Positions 37,050-51,288 are shown, counted from the stretch's first letter. The stretch: 64,000 nucleotides of DNA from Raillietiella orientalis (GCA_036172245.1 JAYWIR010000005.1:5022001-5086000); one strand, 5' to 3'. Program-made: numbers and translations. The notes: generated by a model from the letters alone, not told the origin.

Positions 37050-37790
37050 AATTTGAATAAGGCGGAGGGAGACGAGGCGTGCGGATCACGCGGAGAGGAG
37101 AGCTGCAAGAAGTTGCCGGGAGAGCGCGCGAATGCGGGGTAATTGGATTTCGATAGTGCCCCATGGAGGGAGTTCGGAGCGCCTCCCCTGGAAATTTTCG
37201 ACAAAACGTGACGACGATCAGGAACGGCAACGAAGATGAAGATCGCATAGTGGATGCTCCCCCCCCTTCGAAACCTTGGACGTTTAATTCGGGCTTGAGT
37301 GAGCGGCGGGTCAAACAAACGGCAGGCGAGCGAACTGGAGGATCCGTGCTCCCTCCCCCCTCACCCTCAACCCTTTCCGCTTCCCAAAGTGGTAACGTGG
37401 AATTCGCTCGATGGCTTCTTTCCCTGTTACGCCACCTCATCTGAGCCCTGTGGTCATGGATGCTGGAGATTCGATTCCTTGCACTCGCAGGTGGAGAAAC
37501 GAGCGGCTGCTTCTGCTAGGCAGACGACTTACTGCCTGCTTCGTCTCTATTCTTGCGGTCGCGCGCAGGCAACTTCCACGCTCTCCCCATAGGGAAAGGG
37601 CGCTCCTGCAGCACCTTCCATCGACCGCTCCCTGCCTTGACCAGAACGTAATGCATCGCATCACTTCTTGCGCCTCGTGGTATCCCAAACCAGGAGTCGT
37701 TTCCGCGATGGAACTTTTTCAAGGCAAGCAGGCGGCGGGTTGGGTTATCACCCGCGTGCTCCGGTGCGTTTACTTCATATAAAAACATAA
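37050..37790 (-). mobile_element. Decayed RLE-type retrotransposon 3' region (CCHC and RLE)
   Basis: Minus strand: DGRCCRS..GSCLRATARIE..AVSRL (C..C..HIL..C..ARI.RH-like), STLPLWE (DVT..WE), NVQGFEGG. Confidence 0.4.
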
Positions 37791-37899
37791 ACACTTACAA
37801 TCCCTGTGGCCGGACCGTTGGTCCAATCACGTCCTCTTCAGATCAAACCTGCCGCGCTGCTGGCGCGCAGACCGGTGGAGTCTACCACGGCAGCAGAGG

Positions 37900-38650
37900 G
37901 GAGGGGGCAGACAAAAAGAAAAAGAAACAAAGATAAAGACAAATGAATAAATTTGGAGGGGATACGGAAAGGGTTCGCGTCCTGCCGAGGGTGGTCTTCC
38001 GCATCCTTTGGGAGATGCCGGCAAGCTCTTGCTGGATGTTGTTTCCCAGGTGGGGGGTCACCTGGTTGCCATCCTCATGAAGCGGAAGGCGAAGTGGGTG
38101 GCATCCCTCTCTCTCGGTCCTCCTCTTGAGCCGCTCCAGTTACAATACCGCGCGGGCAGCAGAGAGCTGCTGGCGAGGCTGCCGGCCGAAATGCGTCGCG
38201 TAGAAAGAGGGGCCGTAAATCCTCCCTGGAGTTTCCGCCGGGATCGCCGCAAAGCGTTCCCAGAGGGGCTGCCCTCGCTCTGCTCGGAGATGCAGCAATC
38301 CACAAGCGGGTTCGGGAGGGATTCCCACTCCTCGCACCTGCCACAGTTCGGGTCTACACACACCCGCGTCCAGTGATGCCTGCGGGCGTCGCACGGGAGT
38401 CCCCAGTACAGCAGCATCAACGCCGACTCCTGCCACTTTCATGGGAAGGCGTGCCTGTCCAAAAGCACTGGGGGGCGCCGCAGATCTTCCACCAGGACAT
38501 CCAGTAGCTTGCCACAGTGCTCGTGTGGGGCACTCGGGGTCTCAGCTTCTGTAAACTGACCCGTCCTCCACTCACCAAGTTTTCTTCTTCTTTCGGAGAT
38601 TTCAACACTAGCCTTTCATTTAATCTCAAGGCTGATGCTCTTGCGTTCCC
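37900..38650 (-). mobile_element. Decayed L1/Tx1-like LINE 3' end with zf-RVT-like motif
   Basis: Minus strand: WWKI..KWQESALMLLYWGLPCDARRHHW..DPNCGRCEEWESLPNPLVDC; ends HLGNNIQQELAGISQR followed by a T-rich tail. Confidence 0.6.
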
Positions 38651-40399
38651 TCAGGGAGGGCAGAGCTCGGAAAGGGAGGTTCTTCCTGCCTACGCACTTT
38701 TTCCTGGATCTTGAAGGATCTCTCGGGCAGTTGTTGTAGGGCCCTTACAGGGAACATTGTGTCTGTTCCATCCTAACAGTCTCCTGCAACCAGGCACTAT
38801 AGTTCGTGAGGCGTCAGGAGATCCAGCTGATGTTCTTCCTTCCCGATGCTGCATTGTGGGAATGTTGCAACAACGGTGTGCAAGAAAGGACGCGAGTCCC
38901 AAGCTGCCGGTGTACCCAAGCCCCCTCGACGAGGAGGGGTGCAGGATAGCACCAAAGGGTGCTCTACGACTTCGCCACGAGGGCAAGTATCAGTAAGCCG
39001 AGACTGCCATCCTGACGCGTCGAATTGGGAGAAGAAGGCTGATTTCTGCATAATCCTTCGCGTGATGCGTTCCTTACCGTTTTCCTGTCAAATTCTTGTT
39101 TCAAAGTTTCCAGCAAATGGTTCCTAAAGAATTTCGATTCCTCAATCGAAATGGAATATGAATCTAAAAAACTGGATAAGCTCTGCCGAAGAGGAGTTGC
39201 TAAGAGCTTACGAATCGCTTGCAAGAAGGGAAAAAAAAGAACTGGGGTGTCCGGTGTGCGGTCACTTCAATCGAATGAGCACAGATCGCTGGAACTTGCG
39301 TGAGTTACCGAGCGCGTACTAACAGTCCGAAAACACATGGTGGTTTGGGAAAAAGGGAATAAGGTCACGATGCAGATCACCAGAAAAGCAGCGTGCATCC
39401 TTGAATCCTTAAGGGGAAATCTCACGGAGAGGGGCAAAGAAAAGTTGAGGGTCAGAGTGGTCTGTATTTGGAAGAAAGGGTTCTTCGAAGGGGATGCAGG
39501 GAATGGAAAATGGGTACATGAAGATCAGATGGTCTTCAAAACAAAATCAACTAAAACAGCTTCTGTATATAAGATTAGTCACATCCAGACATGAATCTGC
39601 TAAGAACTTCCTCCACTGGTGGAAGTTTCCTTCGATGTTTTCTTCAGAGCACCCTGCGGAAAATGCCTCTGGCGATCATCCATCTTCTGTTCATAAAGTG
39701 CACCTGAATGCTATACACCCTACTCGATGATCGGATGCCTACTACATCTTGCTATCGGAAATTGGGAAAATTTGAAACACTTATCTTCTTTAAAGAACTG
39801 ATTTGGGGTTAAAGGAACAGCAACAAAAAAAAAAAAGCATGTTCATGAATTAAATACTTCGTTCCTCTGGAAACACATGCGGCATCCCTTGAATTAGGCC
39901 GAGGAAATACGAAATAGCAATCCCCCTGTGGTGTCAACCGATTCTAAGTACTTTTCGAGGCAGCCAAAATTTCCCCATCCCTTTGCACTAAATATTCACA
40001 TATCCACTTATCAGGGGGGGAAATGGAAAAGTGTGAAAGCAGTACTTTTTGAGGTGATTTTTCTTTCCATCTCTCGAACCCTGCATGTTTAGATGGCCCG
40101 AGATATGCCTCCATTTTTCAAGAGTGCTTTCGAAAGCTGCATACGAGAGAGTCCCCATCTATTTATTACTTCAAGAGTCAAATTACTCAGCATTTTGAGC
40201 TCTTCTGAGAAAATGATTTACCTGATTTATCGTGTCGCCCATTATGTCCTTTATGGGAGAAAACGTTCTCTTGCATGCAATCCCCATGACTACTTAGGTG
40301 ATTTAAAGACGTATTAGAGTTAAAAATAATCATCGCATGACTGCCTTAACAGTTTACATCAACACCCCAAGATGTCTCTTCCGCTCTTTACGCCCCGCC

Positions 40400-41950
40400 T
40401 GAAGCTTGTATCGGCGGCTACTGAGTTTCCCGCATACGAATCTGAGGTCTTTCTCTCTTGGAACTCAAGGAATTCATCTTCCCTTCATAAAGTTTGGGTC
40501 GGGAATTCTAAACAAGGGCCATCTGATCTGGAGTTGATGAAAAATTCAGGGAGAAATCCTTGACTTTGCGTTGATTCTCAATGAGCGACTGTCGGCAGCT
40601 CCAGGGATTGGATCAAGCTGAAAGACAAACTTTAGCTGGCGAGGCGCGGCGAACCTCGTTATGCATAGTGACGGTCATTTTCTAAAGAAAACTGATTTGG
40701 AAACCACGTCCCGATGGACAACGAGCAGGAGGACAACAGTGCTAAAATAAAAACACGTCCAGAACTCTGAGATGGATCTTAATAAGCTGCCATCTCTTTG
40801 ATTGTCAGATAAAAGTTCCCTTCGAGGAATTCGTTGGAAGGAAGAGAAATTTCCAGCGCGGCAGAGCCAGTCTGCCTCAAACAGCAAACGCATTACTCTG
40901 CCTCTCGGAGTCTTGTGCTGCAAACACCTCGGCGTTTCCGTGATAATCATTTTCCAATCAGAAGCTACTGAAGAAGATGATTGCGGAATTTCCTTGCAGC
41001 CAAACCATTTTCGATGATGCGATCCGGGAAAGATAGGAGGACAAAACAATTGCAGAGAGCTTGAGGCTGCCTTATCGTAACTGCCACTCTTTGATGTATA
41101 AGAGGGTGCTTCCGATTATTTCTTTCCTCCTACAGCAAGCAAATGGACAAAATCCATTCTATTCTTGCTGCAGCTCAACTGGTGGCTCTTCATTCTCGGC
41201 ATTCGAAAAAAACGGCTCCATTTCACAGGTTCTTATGCGCTGTTAGCGGCCGAAAATAAGTCAGTGACCAGTTGTCGGTGAATCATCGGGAAATATGAAT
41301 CACCTAGGCTTTGCACCATGGTCGTTGCTACGGACACCAAGTCGTCATCCAGGGTGATTCAGCTTTCCTGAAATCATCGTGAATTCCCAGGAAGGAATCA
41401 TTTGAACAAAATCTCTTTGGTCACTTTGACGCAGTCACAGATGTCTGCCAACACTTGACTTGTCCAAACGAAAGGCGTAACAGCTTGCAATTATCCTGGT
41501 CCAACTTGATTGCATTTGTAGCGGTGCCAGCTTCAATTACGTCAAACACGCTTCTCGCAGCCCAAATGCTACAGATTCTTCACAGCCGATTTCCTACTTT
41601 CTACACGTGCAGAATGTAACCGACGTATCCGTCTTGCCTCCTTTTCGCGGACGTGGATAGTAATAGCATGCTTTCTTTAATTGCCTGATCAACCGCGTGG
41701 ATGCTCTGAAGGATCTGAAGGACCGAAACATCTTGGACAACGAGCAGATCCCCGCCGCTCCCACCAAGTGAAACCATGAATCAAGAGTTTTGATAAATGA
41801 GTCTGAAAATATCGTTTAGGTTTGCCTTTGGGCTTTGGCTTCGCCTCCGGAAACCCATATGGGATGATTTTGATTTGATTTACCTTACTGGGAAGGGTTG
41901 CAGAGTAGCATTTGCATATTTCTGGCTTCACTTGATTTGCTTCACGTCGA
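40400..41950 (-). mobile_element. Highly decayed non-LTR RT region
   Basis: Faint minus-strand remnants: KAESPW/PG (SAPGPD-like), RKWFGCKE, FQRIPRRELL (AFDSI.R..L). Confidence 0.3.
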
Positions 41951-44849
41951 AGGACTGTTTAAACGACTCATCTGGAAATTTCTGACTATTTCGTTCTCGG
42001 AATTAGGAAAAGGCCGCAAATTTTGTGGACCAAAGGAAGACAGTGATCCCCAGGAAGAGATTAATTCGGATTTGTAGTTGAGCTAATTTCTGTGCATTCC
42101 CATCGGCTTGAGTCTGTAACGGTTGAAGAGTGAAGCCATTTCTTATTTATGGAGCCACCCAAGCAGAATACACATCGTTACCATCATTCGTACACTGAAA
42201 TGTATGATTCAGGATGTATGCAAGAGTACTTTCTGGGTTTCCAGCTGCTTTCCTTTGATTTCTCCTACTCATCAGAACCCAACTCTCTAAACAGTGTTGG
42301 GAAATAAGGTTCACTCTATGGTGCTCACTCGGTTGCTTTTGACTTTTGAAGGGTCAAGTGAATAACTGAAATCACTCATTCAAAACAAAAAAAAGGCGAT
42401 TCTGTCACTAATGCTTTCATTTTTGTGATACTTGTCTACTGGCTCTGTAGAAGATCATTTTCTGCTTCTTGCGAAGACTTTTCCGTCTATAGTAAACTCA
42501 GTGAGTGCATTCGTAGCTACTGGATATGCAAGGAAGGAATGAAAACAGGGAAGCTTGAGATCACTATGATGCAGGAAAAAAGAAAAAATTGAAAAAAATT
42601 GATCATCCTGAATCTCATACTTGAATCTGTTCCTTGTTTTGCGAAAACTTGAGAACCCTTGTAGAAGTCTAAAGCTTGCCGAACGCTCTAAACATTGCAG
42701 TCGTGATTTTCACGACTTTAAGCGAAATCGAAACTTTGGAAGGGCTTGCAGAGATAAAGATGCGTATGGATTGGGTGTACCAGCACATTTGCTGAACTAT
42801 ATTGCCATTTTCGGCACATTCCTTCTAAAACCAAAACCATTTGAAACTATCTCTGAGGTGGACACGGTTTTTCATGGAATTGCTTCTTGAGGCAAACTAC
42901 GGTTCCCAGGAGAAAAACAAGCATTTTCAAACTCAAATCTGCAATTGTGGATTAATTCGGAGTCCAAGGTGAAAGTTACGAGGGCGAAAGTAGCGAACTG
43001 ATCTTTTTCTTAAAGGAAGAAAAGGCTTGTTCTTTTTCAATTCGAAAAAGCTCCTCAAACAGCTGATAAATCTGCACGAACCGATCAAACGGCGGAAGTC
43101 ACATGTGACCTCGAAACACTGAACACACACAAAGTGATATTGAGTTTGCAAGCCAAGCACTATCCAGATCAAGAGGGGTCCAAAGGGCTGCCGAATTCTA
43201 TAAGAACCTCATAAAATTGCGAGGGCCCAGGACCACTTAGGCTTGACATTTCCCTTTGGATACACTTTTTTGCTCCAAGACGTACGTTTTGTAGATATTC
43301 CGACTCTGAGAAACGGCAGATAAGCGGAAATCAAATCCAAGATCGAACAGCAGCAGCAGCCCCCTCCCCCACAAGCACCAGTAGCAAATAAAGTGTACTG
43401 GGAAATGAGAACCCCATTCGAAGGATATCCTTGCGAGAAGCTGGAAATGCTGCCCAATATACACCGAATGTTCTTCGGATTTATTGAACGCATTTGTTTG
43501 AACGTCAGATTAATGCAGTCGTTGCCTCCGTGCGAAGGCACTTTATTCAGTCTTACCAAATTAATTTCCATGCGCTTCGTGCTGTGCTCTCTTCTCTGCA
43601 CTGCCGCCAGAAGAACGACAAAACTTGATGCGTGAAAGTTGGAATAAAAACAGATGAAATCCATCCTTTTCGATCCGTCCCAACGGTCGCGCCAAGGACG
43701 ATCTTGGAGTGGTCCGCCAGGGCTACAGAATGGTAATGAAAAAAGTTTCCCGGAGCTTCACGCATAAAGGCATTCTTAATGAACGAAAGTTGATGAAAAA
43801 TGAGGATCGCATGTGCCACACAAAGTTTCCCCAACACCAGTTAAGGAAATTCTTCGATTGGTCCACTCGTTTCGTGTGGAAAGCGAATGGAAAAACGAAG
43901 TGTACACGGGAAGCGAAAGGTCACGGAAGGAAAGGTCAGTTTTTGTCCAGCATGCCCCTGCAGGTTTCATTCGAGTGGACCACAGGCGCTGATGCTCCCT
44001 CTCGTATCTCCGTTCCTCGTTTTACTCTCCTCTTGTTTGGAAACGTCGGTGTGGATGAACAGCACGGAAGGGCGAGCTCGGCTGAGACACCCAATGAAAA
44101 CGAAAGGTTTCCCTGAAAAAGTCCCAAGCGAAAACTGGAAGCGGCTTTTCCCTCGGCGCAGGATCGTGAGGGAAGTCCTGCGACGGTGCAAGAGTAGCGA
44201 TGCATGAGCGCATCAAATAAGCACAGAAGGATTTCCAGTTGCTGAATGCATTTTTACAGGACTCCTTGGCAGAGTGTTGACGCTGGCTTTGACATTCCAT
44301 CATTCTTCCTCATTAGCTTGTACCAGAGGGAGCACAGGAGAACATTTGCAGGCGCCTCTTTGTGCGTCTGTCGTATAAAGAATAGGTTTCATGAGGATGT
44401 ATGTGAAGGGAGGCAAATGCCTTCGGAAGCGTGCAGTCTGCTTCACTTCAAAGAAGAGGAGGCAACCAGGAAGATTCCCTTCCTTACTCGATAATGCCAT
44501 CAGTGCACGGAATTCGAGATGATTCCTTTCATCGGCTCTCTGCCATGCACTTCCAAACCTCATTTAATCTCGATTCTCGTCCCGAATAATCACAGGACTA
44601 AAGATTAAGGCCGCAGAAAGAAGTTTGGCTCAGACTCAGGTTGTTTAAATAGCGTGAATTCAGAATTCTATGAGAACCATAGAATAGGTCGCTGGAGAGT
44701 TTCCATAGGGTCTCATTTTTCAAATTGATCACACACATCCTTCGCTGGTACTAGTGCTATTATATCTTTATTCACTACTCATTTCGAGTCAACCGCTGCA
44801 TCAGAGTTGGTCTATTATATGACTATCATTGCAATGGATCTTTATGGCA

Positions 44850-46650
44850 CAAAGATCTCCAGATCTTTAGGTTCTGATGAGAGCAGTCGATTGCCTCTCT
44901 GTTGAAAACCATTAATGTAGCTCAACTCGGTGAAGGCTTTTTGGCAATCTGGATGTAGTCGCAATAGAGGAGATACGGGAAGGTTTGTTGGGGGAGGTCG
45001 TATTTGAAAACGAGGAAGAACCTTCCAAAATATCCTGTGATCTTGCAATCAATGGTTCCGTTTTTCCAGAGGATTCCGTATGGGCTCTTTTCATATTGCT
45101 CGCCTCCCCGAAGCTTTTTTTCAGCAGAATTGAATGCATTGGCTCCCCGGAAAGTAACAGGAAGATGTCAGTGATTTGGAAATGTGATCACGCAGTCACT
45201 CAGCGCTAATTCGCGCATCTTTCGCTGCTGTGATTTCTTCCAGTTCTTCATTAGATGCATCACGCAAAGTTCCTCTTCATCCTCTGAGAGGAGTTCAGCG
45301 ACAGGTAAGATGTGCTCAGGAATCACCCAAACTGAGGCTGCCTCCTCTGTAGTGGAAAAAATTTCGGGACGGAGAAGTGGAACTGTGACTTTACAGACTG
45401 CATGGCGACCAGGCAGGTGCGTGTTTAGACAGCTGCAGATCACGAGATCACTGGGCACTGCTGAGGGGAAGGTTTTCCTAACTTTTCGAGAACACCATGA
45501 GTTAAATGTGCTGCAGTTTCCAGCCTAAAGGAAAGAATCACGGAAGCTTGCACTTGGAAACCATGGCAACAGCGCTGACGGAATCGGTATCCTCAAAACC
45601 ATTCTTTGATCTGAAAAAGCAAAACAAAACAAAACAACTGACTCACTGCATCCACTTGACAGAGCTGCTGAAGTGAAGACATCTTTTATCTTTTGGGGCT
45701 TGCTTGCAATCGTAGAGGCGATCAGCGATAAAACCAGCAGAATCATCTTCGCAGCTGAAGTTAGCTAAGTACTTTGCTCTCAAAGGGATCCCCGTGGCGT
45801 TTATTAAGCTGTGGAATTCAGAATTAAAATTCATTCTGAATTCTGAACTTTTTCTTCGAAGTATGGAGAAAAAACGTTTTTCAAACATCTAATCCGAAGA
45901 CCGACCAGGATTGATTCAAGGAAATGCCCATCAATGCAATTTCTTCCCATCGAAAAGCATCTGACAAAAACCTGAGACGCTTAAAACGTGAAGAATTTCA
46001 CGCTGAGAATGCCAGAAAAAGATTGGCACCGCCGAAATAAACAATTTACAGAGGAAAACTAGAAAAATCTGTTTTAGCTTTGCACCATCTGAAACTGCCA
46101 AGTGCCTCTTCAGGCACGTCAGAAAAGCTTCCACGGAATTGCAGACGTATGGAACCATTCATTAGAATTGCGTGATTAGAGTGGGAAATTTGGATAAACC
46201 TCAAATTTTTTGCAAGAAGAAATGCCAAAATTAATTCCAAGGAGGCCAAGGCAACCCTTACATCGATGGTTTTCTGCGGAATACATCAAACGTCATAAAC
46301 GAGCTACATGTGGTAATAAAAAGTGCATTTTTCATCGTAATTAGCTGCTGAATGTCATCCTTATTTGCTCACCACTGTATTCTTAGAGGGACAGGGAATT
46401 CTTCGGATATGTTTTCATTTCCTCTTTGCAGCAATTACTGATGCAGAAACGAAATTCACCGAACTGATGAGGGTCGTCAGCACCAGCATCTCCAAATGCC
46501 ACTGGCATCCATGCAATGGTGACGTCCTGCAAATAATTTCTTCGTTGTCGTGGGTTCAGCATTAGGTTCAGTTCTCTTGGAAACAGCCAAAATTCCCCGG
46601 AAGCTGACTCCAATGAGAGTTTCCGTTACCATGCCGCTCGTGAGCTCAGT
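44850..46650 (-). mobile_element. Decayed non-LTR retrotransposon RT region (probably RLE-type)
   Basis: Minus strand in order: ADDPHQFGEFRFCISN (P.N.RPI.L.N), ILAFLLAKNL..ISH (AFLDLAKAFD.VSH), GAKLKQ..KLFI, LSVSGFCQML (LAFADD). Confidence 0.5.
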
Positions 46651-47869
46651 AGCCTTCCCACTTTTGATCCAGTGGAAGAACGAAGCTCTTGGTAACGTTA
46701 TTTTAGAGGCTGCACTTTTATACATCATGAATATTTATTTACTATTACGACTTTGCCAAAAATTTCTTCCATGGCTTCCCGAATTTATTAATCTCTTGAG
46801 GGAAGAAAAACAACCCAATATATGTCACTTTTTTTTTAAAAAAAAAATCGTTCTTATTTAAAACCCCGTGCTCTTGCGTCTTCGCAAAATTACGCGGGAG
46901 TTATGGATGTGGCTGCATCCTTTCTCACTAGGAGGTTCGCTATTCTCGTGCTCAATTTGCCCAAAGAGAAGAGTAAAAGATTCACCCTTTGAACCTATTT
47001 GCCCTATCACAGAAGACAAAGCACACAATTTATTTATTTATTTTTTCGAGTTTTTTTTTTCCACGTCCCGAATCTTACCAAGGATTTCTGCTGCGTTTAG
47101 AGGAAAAGCACGGCTGCTCCTAATGCCTTCGAAGAAGACGTGTGTTGCTGCAATCGAGGAGAGGCATTCCAAAAATGCGCATGGTGGAAAGAACAGCATC
47201 TAATTTCGTCCACTGAAAATCCAAGTGGAACACCGGGAAACCGAATCCCCTTACTAAGGGCTGACGCTCCTCGGTGACTGCGATTCCTGGGCTGCCACTA
47301 GCAACAGGAATTTTTGCGAACGAGCCGAGTGCAGGCAGCACCACCCAAGAGAGCCGGACCACAAAATGAAATCATTCCGAATCCCTGACGCGCCCGAGTC
47401 TCTTAGAAGCAGCAGCCCCCGCAGACCCGTAGCGAAACCTAATAGACCGGGAGAAAACCGTTCTCAAGAGAAAGGGGAGACTTCCTGTGATGTCATTTCC
47501 AAGGTGCGACCACACGTAAACAAGAAATGCATTTCTGGCATTCGGAGGTTTGATAAGGAGTCACGGAGAGGAGGCTGATACGGAACAGATTTTCACTCGG
47601 TGACACCAGGTCGTTTATTTTCTGTTTTTTTTTAAAAAAAAATAATGATGCAGTCCAGTTGGGAAAAAGGTAGTTGCCGGAACTAAACCAGAAAGAAAAG
47701 GAGTTCATTTGGAGGGTTCACCGACACGCAAGTCCAGATTTCTAAAAGCCCGGAACGGGAGAAGAAACAAATAAATAAAGTGGGGAGGATATGGACGAGG
47801 GCCTTTGGTGTGTCTCGTTCTTTCTTGAAAAGCCGGGGAAGGTACGAAACGAGTGGGAGGGGGTAAATT

Positions 47870-48350
47870 AACAGAAAGAAATAAACCAAAAAAAAAATAA
47901 AGTTAGGGTGAGGACAGGGGTCATCGGTGATGTCCATGCCTTCCTTCTAAAACCGACGCTGGATACCGGCGATCTCCTTCTTGACTTGTTCTTCCAAGTG
48001 AAGCCATCTGGCAGACGTCCCCATGAAGACGGCTGCCATGCAGGTGACCTCCCTTCTCTGTGCCCCAAACTCCAACAAGTGGCGGGCTGTGACGGTGGTG
48101 CCGCGGATGCAGCATGCAGTCTCAATAGCGGACTCTCCACCTCTCGCGAAGAATTGCTCAGCAGTGTCTCCAGTGTGCTGAAGCCAGCCTCCGCCAGAGT
48201 TCCTGGCGCGCAATGTGGGCCAACAGGAGAACATGCGAAACAGACGGAGAAAGCAGCAGAGAGAGGACGACGGAAGGGGATCCAGACAAATAGGAGAAAC
48301 GAGGTATTGTCTGGCATGCTCAGAGGCGGGAATGGATGCAAGCGATAATT
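47870..48350 (-). mobile_element. Decayed L1/Tx1-like LINE 3' end, same family as 37900-38650
   Basis: Minus strand: SHVLLLAHIARQELWRRL, then HLEEQVKKEIAGIQRRF aligning with HLGNNIQQELAGISQR of the 38 kb copy; T-rich tail. Confidence 0.55.
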
Positions 48351-49299
48351 CAAAGCCACTGGGTCAGATATGTCAAATCTCACACTCCCGTGCCCCGGCG
48401 GCTCCTGGTGTTGGGAAGGACATGTCGCTATAAATCCATCCCTATGCACACAGAAGCCAACATTTTTTTTTTCCTCCTTGCGATGAAGCACGAAGACGAG
48501 GAGCGGATCACCTTGATTGGTGGGATCGTGGGAAGGAGCAGAGTTCTAGAAAACACGGTGCTGCCGTGGACTCGTGGCGAGTGCATCAGAGGTGTCGCTT
48601 CGGTACGTTGCTTCAGCTAAAATGATTGCTATTAAGAATGCCCAGGGGGCATTCCTTCTGCGCAAAGGAGGAATCGGAAGTGCGCAAGAATTTGGGAGAA
48701 CTTTTGAAAATGGAATCTATCCCCTGAAATAGAGGACCTGGAAAGAGGAAGAAGTGTTCTGCTAAAGCAAACGAGTTGCAGTGTGGTCAGTGATCTGTTG
48801 GACGTTTATCCAAAAAAAAGAAAAGAGTGGATGGAGGGAATGACAAAAAGGTTTCCTCGCCGGCTGACTGTCCGGAAGCTTCGAAAAGGTCTCTGAAAGA
48901 AACTACGGTGGGAGGGCAAACGCCGGAGCGTCTTCGATCATGTGTTGAGAAGGATCTACGGATTTGCTTTTCACCGTCTCGTACAACAGAGGGCTTCCCA
49001 GATCCTCTTGGAAGGTAAAGTACTAACACCAGGGCTTCTATTCCGCCGATTCCAGGCCTTTCCGAAGCGATCACATCTTGTCAGATCGCATTCTTGAGAT
49101 GTGCACGCAACTCCAAGAATAAAATGTGAACCTTGGTTTTGCTGAAAAATGTGAGGAACAAATGGAAGTGCTGCTGACTCAGCTGCTGCCGAACATAGAA
49201 TACGGCGAGTTTACTGCTGTCACGCAAGAAATTTGTGGGTGGTTAATTAAATTTTCTGCCTAATTGATTTTTTTCCCCCAACCACAAAATCTGACTTTG

Positions 49300-49620
49300 C
49301 TTTCTAAGCTTCAAGCTAGGAATCTATGCTTTCTTTTTTTCCTTTTCCTCTGCAACGTTGCCTTTACCAAAGATCCGAGGTGACCTCTGGTGAAAAAATC
49401 TGCAGCTGCGCGAATATCTCTGGGAATGAGAGGATCCTGGATTTCTCGGAGGATGTTCCCCTCTCACCTCTGCGGATGATTTCAGAAACCTTCATGAGGA
49501 CAATCGGGAAGCGAAATCGCAGCAACGACATCTGAACTTCATCAAATGCCAAAGAAAAATGAGATCGATTGGTTTGACATTCAGAGCGAAAATGGAAAGT
49601 AAGCTGCTCTCTTATCTCGA
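49300..49620 (+). mobile_element. Decayed RT core fragment
   Basis: Plus strand: PLTSADDF...IGLTFRAK (LAYADD...GL.FN..K). Confidence 0.35.
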
Positions 49621-50621
49621 AGCAATGCGATCCTCGTTTGATTAGAGGCGGAGTATGAATGCTGCTCTAAAAAGTGCAAGTTTCATCTTATAGCCGCAGC
49701 TTCTTTAGACCATGGCTTCGGATAAAAAAAGAAGACCCGATGCTTCCCCGCTGTCATTTGATTCCATCTGTTGAATCCAGATGGAAAGATGAAAATGATC
49801 TGCTCGTGAGCAAATATTTAGGATGGAGCTGAGATTTGCACGAACAGTACAAAAATTCAGGACTGGATGGTGGTCATTGAGTTCCGCGCTCCTTGGTTTC
49901 CTCTAGAAAAAAAAACATCTGTTGCCTTTCGTTCCTTCAGGATTTTTGCTATCCCCGATTGCTGAGAGCGTCTCCTGGGAAAAATCTCTAGAGAAGAAGA
50001 GAACTTCATCTACTAATTCTAAAACGAGGTGCCATTTTCAAAAACGCCGTCAACTAACATTACCTCAGAATAAGGCAGGCATGAAGTCCTTCCCTTCGAG
50101 CCCTCGTCTGTAGCGTTGGTTTCCTGTTTCGGTTGTTTGGTAAGCTGGTAATTGGCAGGAGATTCATAAACAGCGGACGGCACACGAAAATGCCGCCTGC
50201 TACCTGGAATGGAACACGTATGACGTCATTGTGTGCTCCGAACATCCAAACCGATTGGAAGAATGTGATTGTGGTCTCGAAAGAAGTTTTGGATCGAAAA
50301 CGCATCGAACAGGAAGTTCCAGAAGTGTCTTTCGAAAAGAAAAATGTTCTGATATTTCAGCATTCGATGACCAGCAGCAGACATCCTTTTATTTTATATT
50401 CCTCGCTAACTCTGGATGAACTAGAGCTCAGATCAGTGCCAGCAGCAGTGGCAGTTCTTGAAGAGCTGTCTGAAAGCACGAATACGGCAATCACCAATTC
50501 CACGAACCATAATGAGACCATCTTTTACGCGCAGTATGGTTGGGAATGAAAGAATCTCCGAGGATACCAAACTTTTATTTGGAATGCCCAAGGCAGAGCT
50601 AACAAGAGCGCAACTACTTCT

Positions 50622-51288
50622 GCCTGCGTCGGAGGCCATGTGGTTACGGTGGTCTCCACGTGTGGCACCGGGCGTTGCGGGTTCGAATACTCGGCAAGAA
50701 TCGACGCAAAGAGTTTGTGCGCGTCGTGGGTTCGAGTCGGAGACCCGCGGAATAACGCTACTCGGCCTACTTCCGGGAGCGGTGCCCAGTAGAGGTTAAA
50801 ACTGTATGCCCCCGACGAGGTCCCAAACGATGGAAGTCGACCTCCTGGTCCCTTCCAGGAATCAAGGAATGGGAGTTTCCCTCCGCTTGAGCATCGGAGC
50901 GGACTCCCCTTCGGAGGGGACCCTCCCTAGAGTAGGTATGTCGCCATGTCTCTAGAGTTCCAGAGAAGCGTGCCGCTTTCTTCGGGGAGATTGCCCTTCT
51001 GAATTTCGGAAGCGTCCCTTCGGGGTTCTCTTCAGAGGAGTAAACAGGAGCGGTTCCCTTGCGGGTTCCCTTCGGAGAAGAAAACATGGAGCGGACCCCT
51101 TCGGGGTACCTCCGAAGAGAGTAAAGAAGGGGAGGAATCTCTTTCGGGTTCCCGTCGGAGACAACCAGGATTGCGAAGTTTCCTTCGGGGATGCCTCCCC
51201 ACGCTTGAGAGGCAGTCCCTCCCCGGTATCTTGAAGAATTAACACACGTTTCCTCGGGTGGGGTGGGGAACAGTCTCAAAGAGCTGCG
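50622..51288 (+). mobile_element. tRNA-headed SINE-like element with hairpin array, copy C
   Basis: GTGGTTACGGTGG A-box-like; two B-box-like motifs (GGTTCGAATAC, GGTTCGAGTC); shared CTTCTGAATTTCGGAAGCGTCCCTT block and GGAGCGG hairpin units. Confidence 0.85.
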
